Shown here: positions 62,283 to 64,000 of the stretch, one piece after another
Layout of the letters: every line of letters starts with the position of its first letter
Position numbering within the stretch: the first letter of the stretch is position 1
NCBI RefSeq assembly: GCF_004010195.1
Contig: NC_057718.1
Coordinates: 73,357,573-73,421,572 of the forward strand
From: Chiloscyllium plagiosum
Taxonomy: Eukaryota
Length of the DNA stretch: 64,000 bases
Direction of reading: 5' to 3'
Notes under the pieces: model-generated
Database searches by the model: none
The model's input: only the letters and a program-made list of their open reading frames with translations
Told to the model about the DNA's origin: nothing
Made by a program: the position numbers and the translations under genes

Positions 62283-64000
62283 TGTTATGAAATTGAAGAT
62301 GTGTAGTGTACCTTTAAAAGAGAGTGAATGCAGTTTTACACTGAGATCTTACAAGCACCTGTCATACAACTAGCTAGCAGTCTCAGACTGTACTTGAAAA
62401 TTGAAAATATGTAACATTTGGTTGTGAAACAAAAACCTGAGGTTTGGTTGCTGTTTTCATAACAATTTGAATTTAACCAATCAGTTTAAATTATACCCCA
62501 GCATACTAAAACCCAATGATGTTTGAATTTATTGTTTTTTCCAACCTCGAACCAATGAGACAATCCAATGTTTGGGGTATAAAGAAGCAGGCATGTTGAA
62601 AGTTAGGCAGAGAGTAACTGCCATCTTGAGAGAGATTGCCATTCAACACACTCTATAAAAGGTACACTTTTCACATGAAACATCTTTGCAGTAAAGAGTA
62701 GAAGACTACCCAGGAAAATCTTCAGCTGAAAGAAGGAGGACACCATAGATGACTGCAGCTGTGTGGTTTTGAAATTAAATTGATGTAATTTTATATGGGT
62801 TGTTATTGGGACAGTATATTACTAAAGCGTTGGAGGCAGATAACAAGCAGTAAAGGGAAAGGAGGCTTAGAGTTGTAAATAGTTGTTGTTTCATATTCAC
62901 TTTTAGAGTTAAAGAATAAATTGATATTTATTCTTTAAATAGTGGAATTTGAGAGTTACTCTGTCACTCATACATCAACAGATTTCAAGGTGAGGTGAGG
63001 TTGTTTGGGTGTTTTTAATTAGCCGAGGGGTTCATTGCCATGTCGTAACAGTTTGGAGGCTTCAGTTCATGATTTGGACAGTTTTAGAAATATCCAGCCT
63101 GAGATTTTGACAGATTTGCATAGATTTTGAGTATGAAAGATTCTAGTAGATCTAAACACTTCCGATTAGTGTCCTAAATCTTTAAATAAAACATAGGTAT
63201 TTGTTTAATTTTGGTTACTTGTGGTTGGTTAAATTAAAAGTGAGTGAAATGGTGCTTACGATTGCTAAAGAGGTTCTGGGGTTTGAAGTTGATTGCCAAA
63301 TTTTCCAAGAAAGCTTAGAAAGACAGAAGAAAGCCATAGTTTCAGAATTGGGTCTAACCAAGGACAAAAGTAAAGCTGAAATTTTAAGGGTGTTAGTCAA
63401 GCACTTAGATGTGTCAGAGAAACAGACAAGTGCAGCAGAATTTGAAAACTTAAATTATAATTGAGGAAAATAGAGTTAGAAGATAAAGATAGGGAGGGGG
63501 AGAAAGAAAGAGAGAGAAGGCTGTTAGCTGAGAAAAGAGACAGGGAAGAAAGAGAAAAAGAAAGGGAGAGAGAATTTGAACTTCAGAAGTTGTGAGTTAG
63601 TCAGAAAGATCAAGTTAACAGGATAGAGAAGAAGAGAGAAAGTAGTGATATATACAAATATGTTAAAACATTGCCACATTTTGATGAGAAAGATGTTGCA
63701 ACCTTCTTTATTTCATTTGAAAAATGGCTAGGCAGATGGAATTGTCAGAGAGCTTGTGGTAATGCTAGAAAAGACTAAGTTGGTAGGCAGAGCTAGTGAG
63801 GCCATACTGTCAGATGAGGGGCCAAGAGATTATGAAGAGGTCAAACAGGCTATATTGAATTGGTACCAGAGGCATATTGATAGCGGTTCAGAAACACGAA
63901 AAAGGAACCAGGTCAGACTTACGTTGAGTTCAAAAGAATTAAGCATAGTCATTTTGATAGATGGGCATGGGCCTTAAAAGTAGATAAGACCCATGAGGCT
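62283..64000 (+). mobile_element. Gmr1-like element 5' part: LTR 62283-63050, PBS-like site, gag remnant (runs off the window)
   Basis: LTR homologous to 44622-45385, followed by tttggaggct. Gag has an E/R-rich coiled-coil tract, LPHFDEKDVATFFISFEKMA and DYEEVKQAIL. Confidence 0.85.

Overview
Repeat-dense vertebrate genomic DNA, almost certainly from an elasmobranch (shark). It carries HE1-type tRNA-derived SINEs and many decayed HER1/CR1-type LINEs. Most of the window is nested, decayed transposable elements: CR1 LINEs, a second CR1-like LINE family, Rex1 and RTE fragments, Penelope-like elements (PLEs), Gypsy LTR elements (including a Gmr1-type copy with PR-IN-RT-RH order), PIF/Harbinger transposase and Myb/SANT remnants, and a pogo/Tigger-like end. 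No intact long ORF is present; the long ORFs in the track are TE pseudogene pieces. The one extended TE-free, relatively CpG-rich stretch (about 36870-39360) looks like the promoter and 5' exons of an unidentified minus-strand host gene, with a CTCF-like site, a GC box, a strong donor at 38407 and ATG-GGG-GTT-CCT-TCA-AG|gtaacg at 37266-37250. The most interesting signal is three distinct PLE terminal-repeat families that each carry a minimal hammerhead ribozyme core. They often form inverted pairs in which only one arm has a roughly 35-nt tail; one pair is a 194-bp spacer-less palindrome with two back-to-back hammerheads (52957-53150). All calls come from reading the sequence by eye, no searches were run, and TE boundaries are approximate. 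Assembly gaps lie at 19532-19618, 20889-20908 and 40087-40090.
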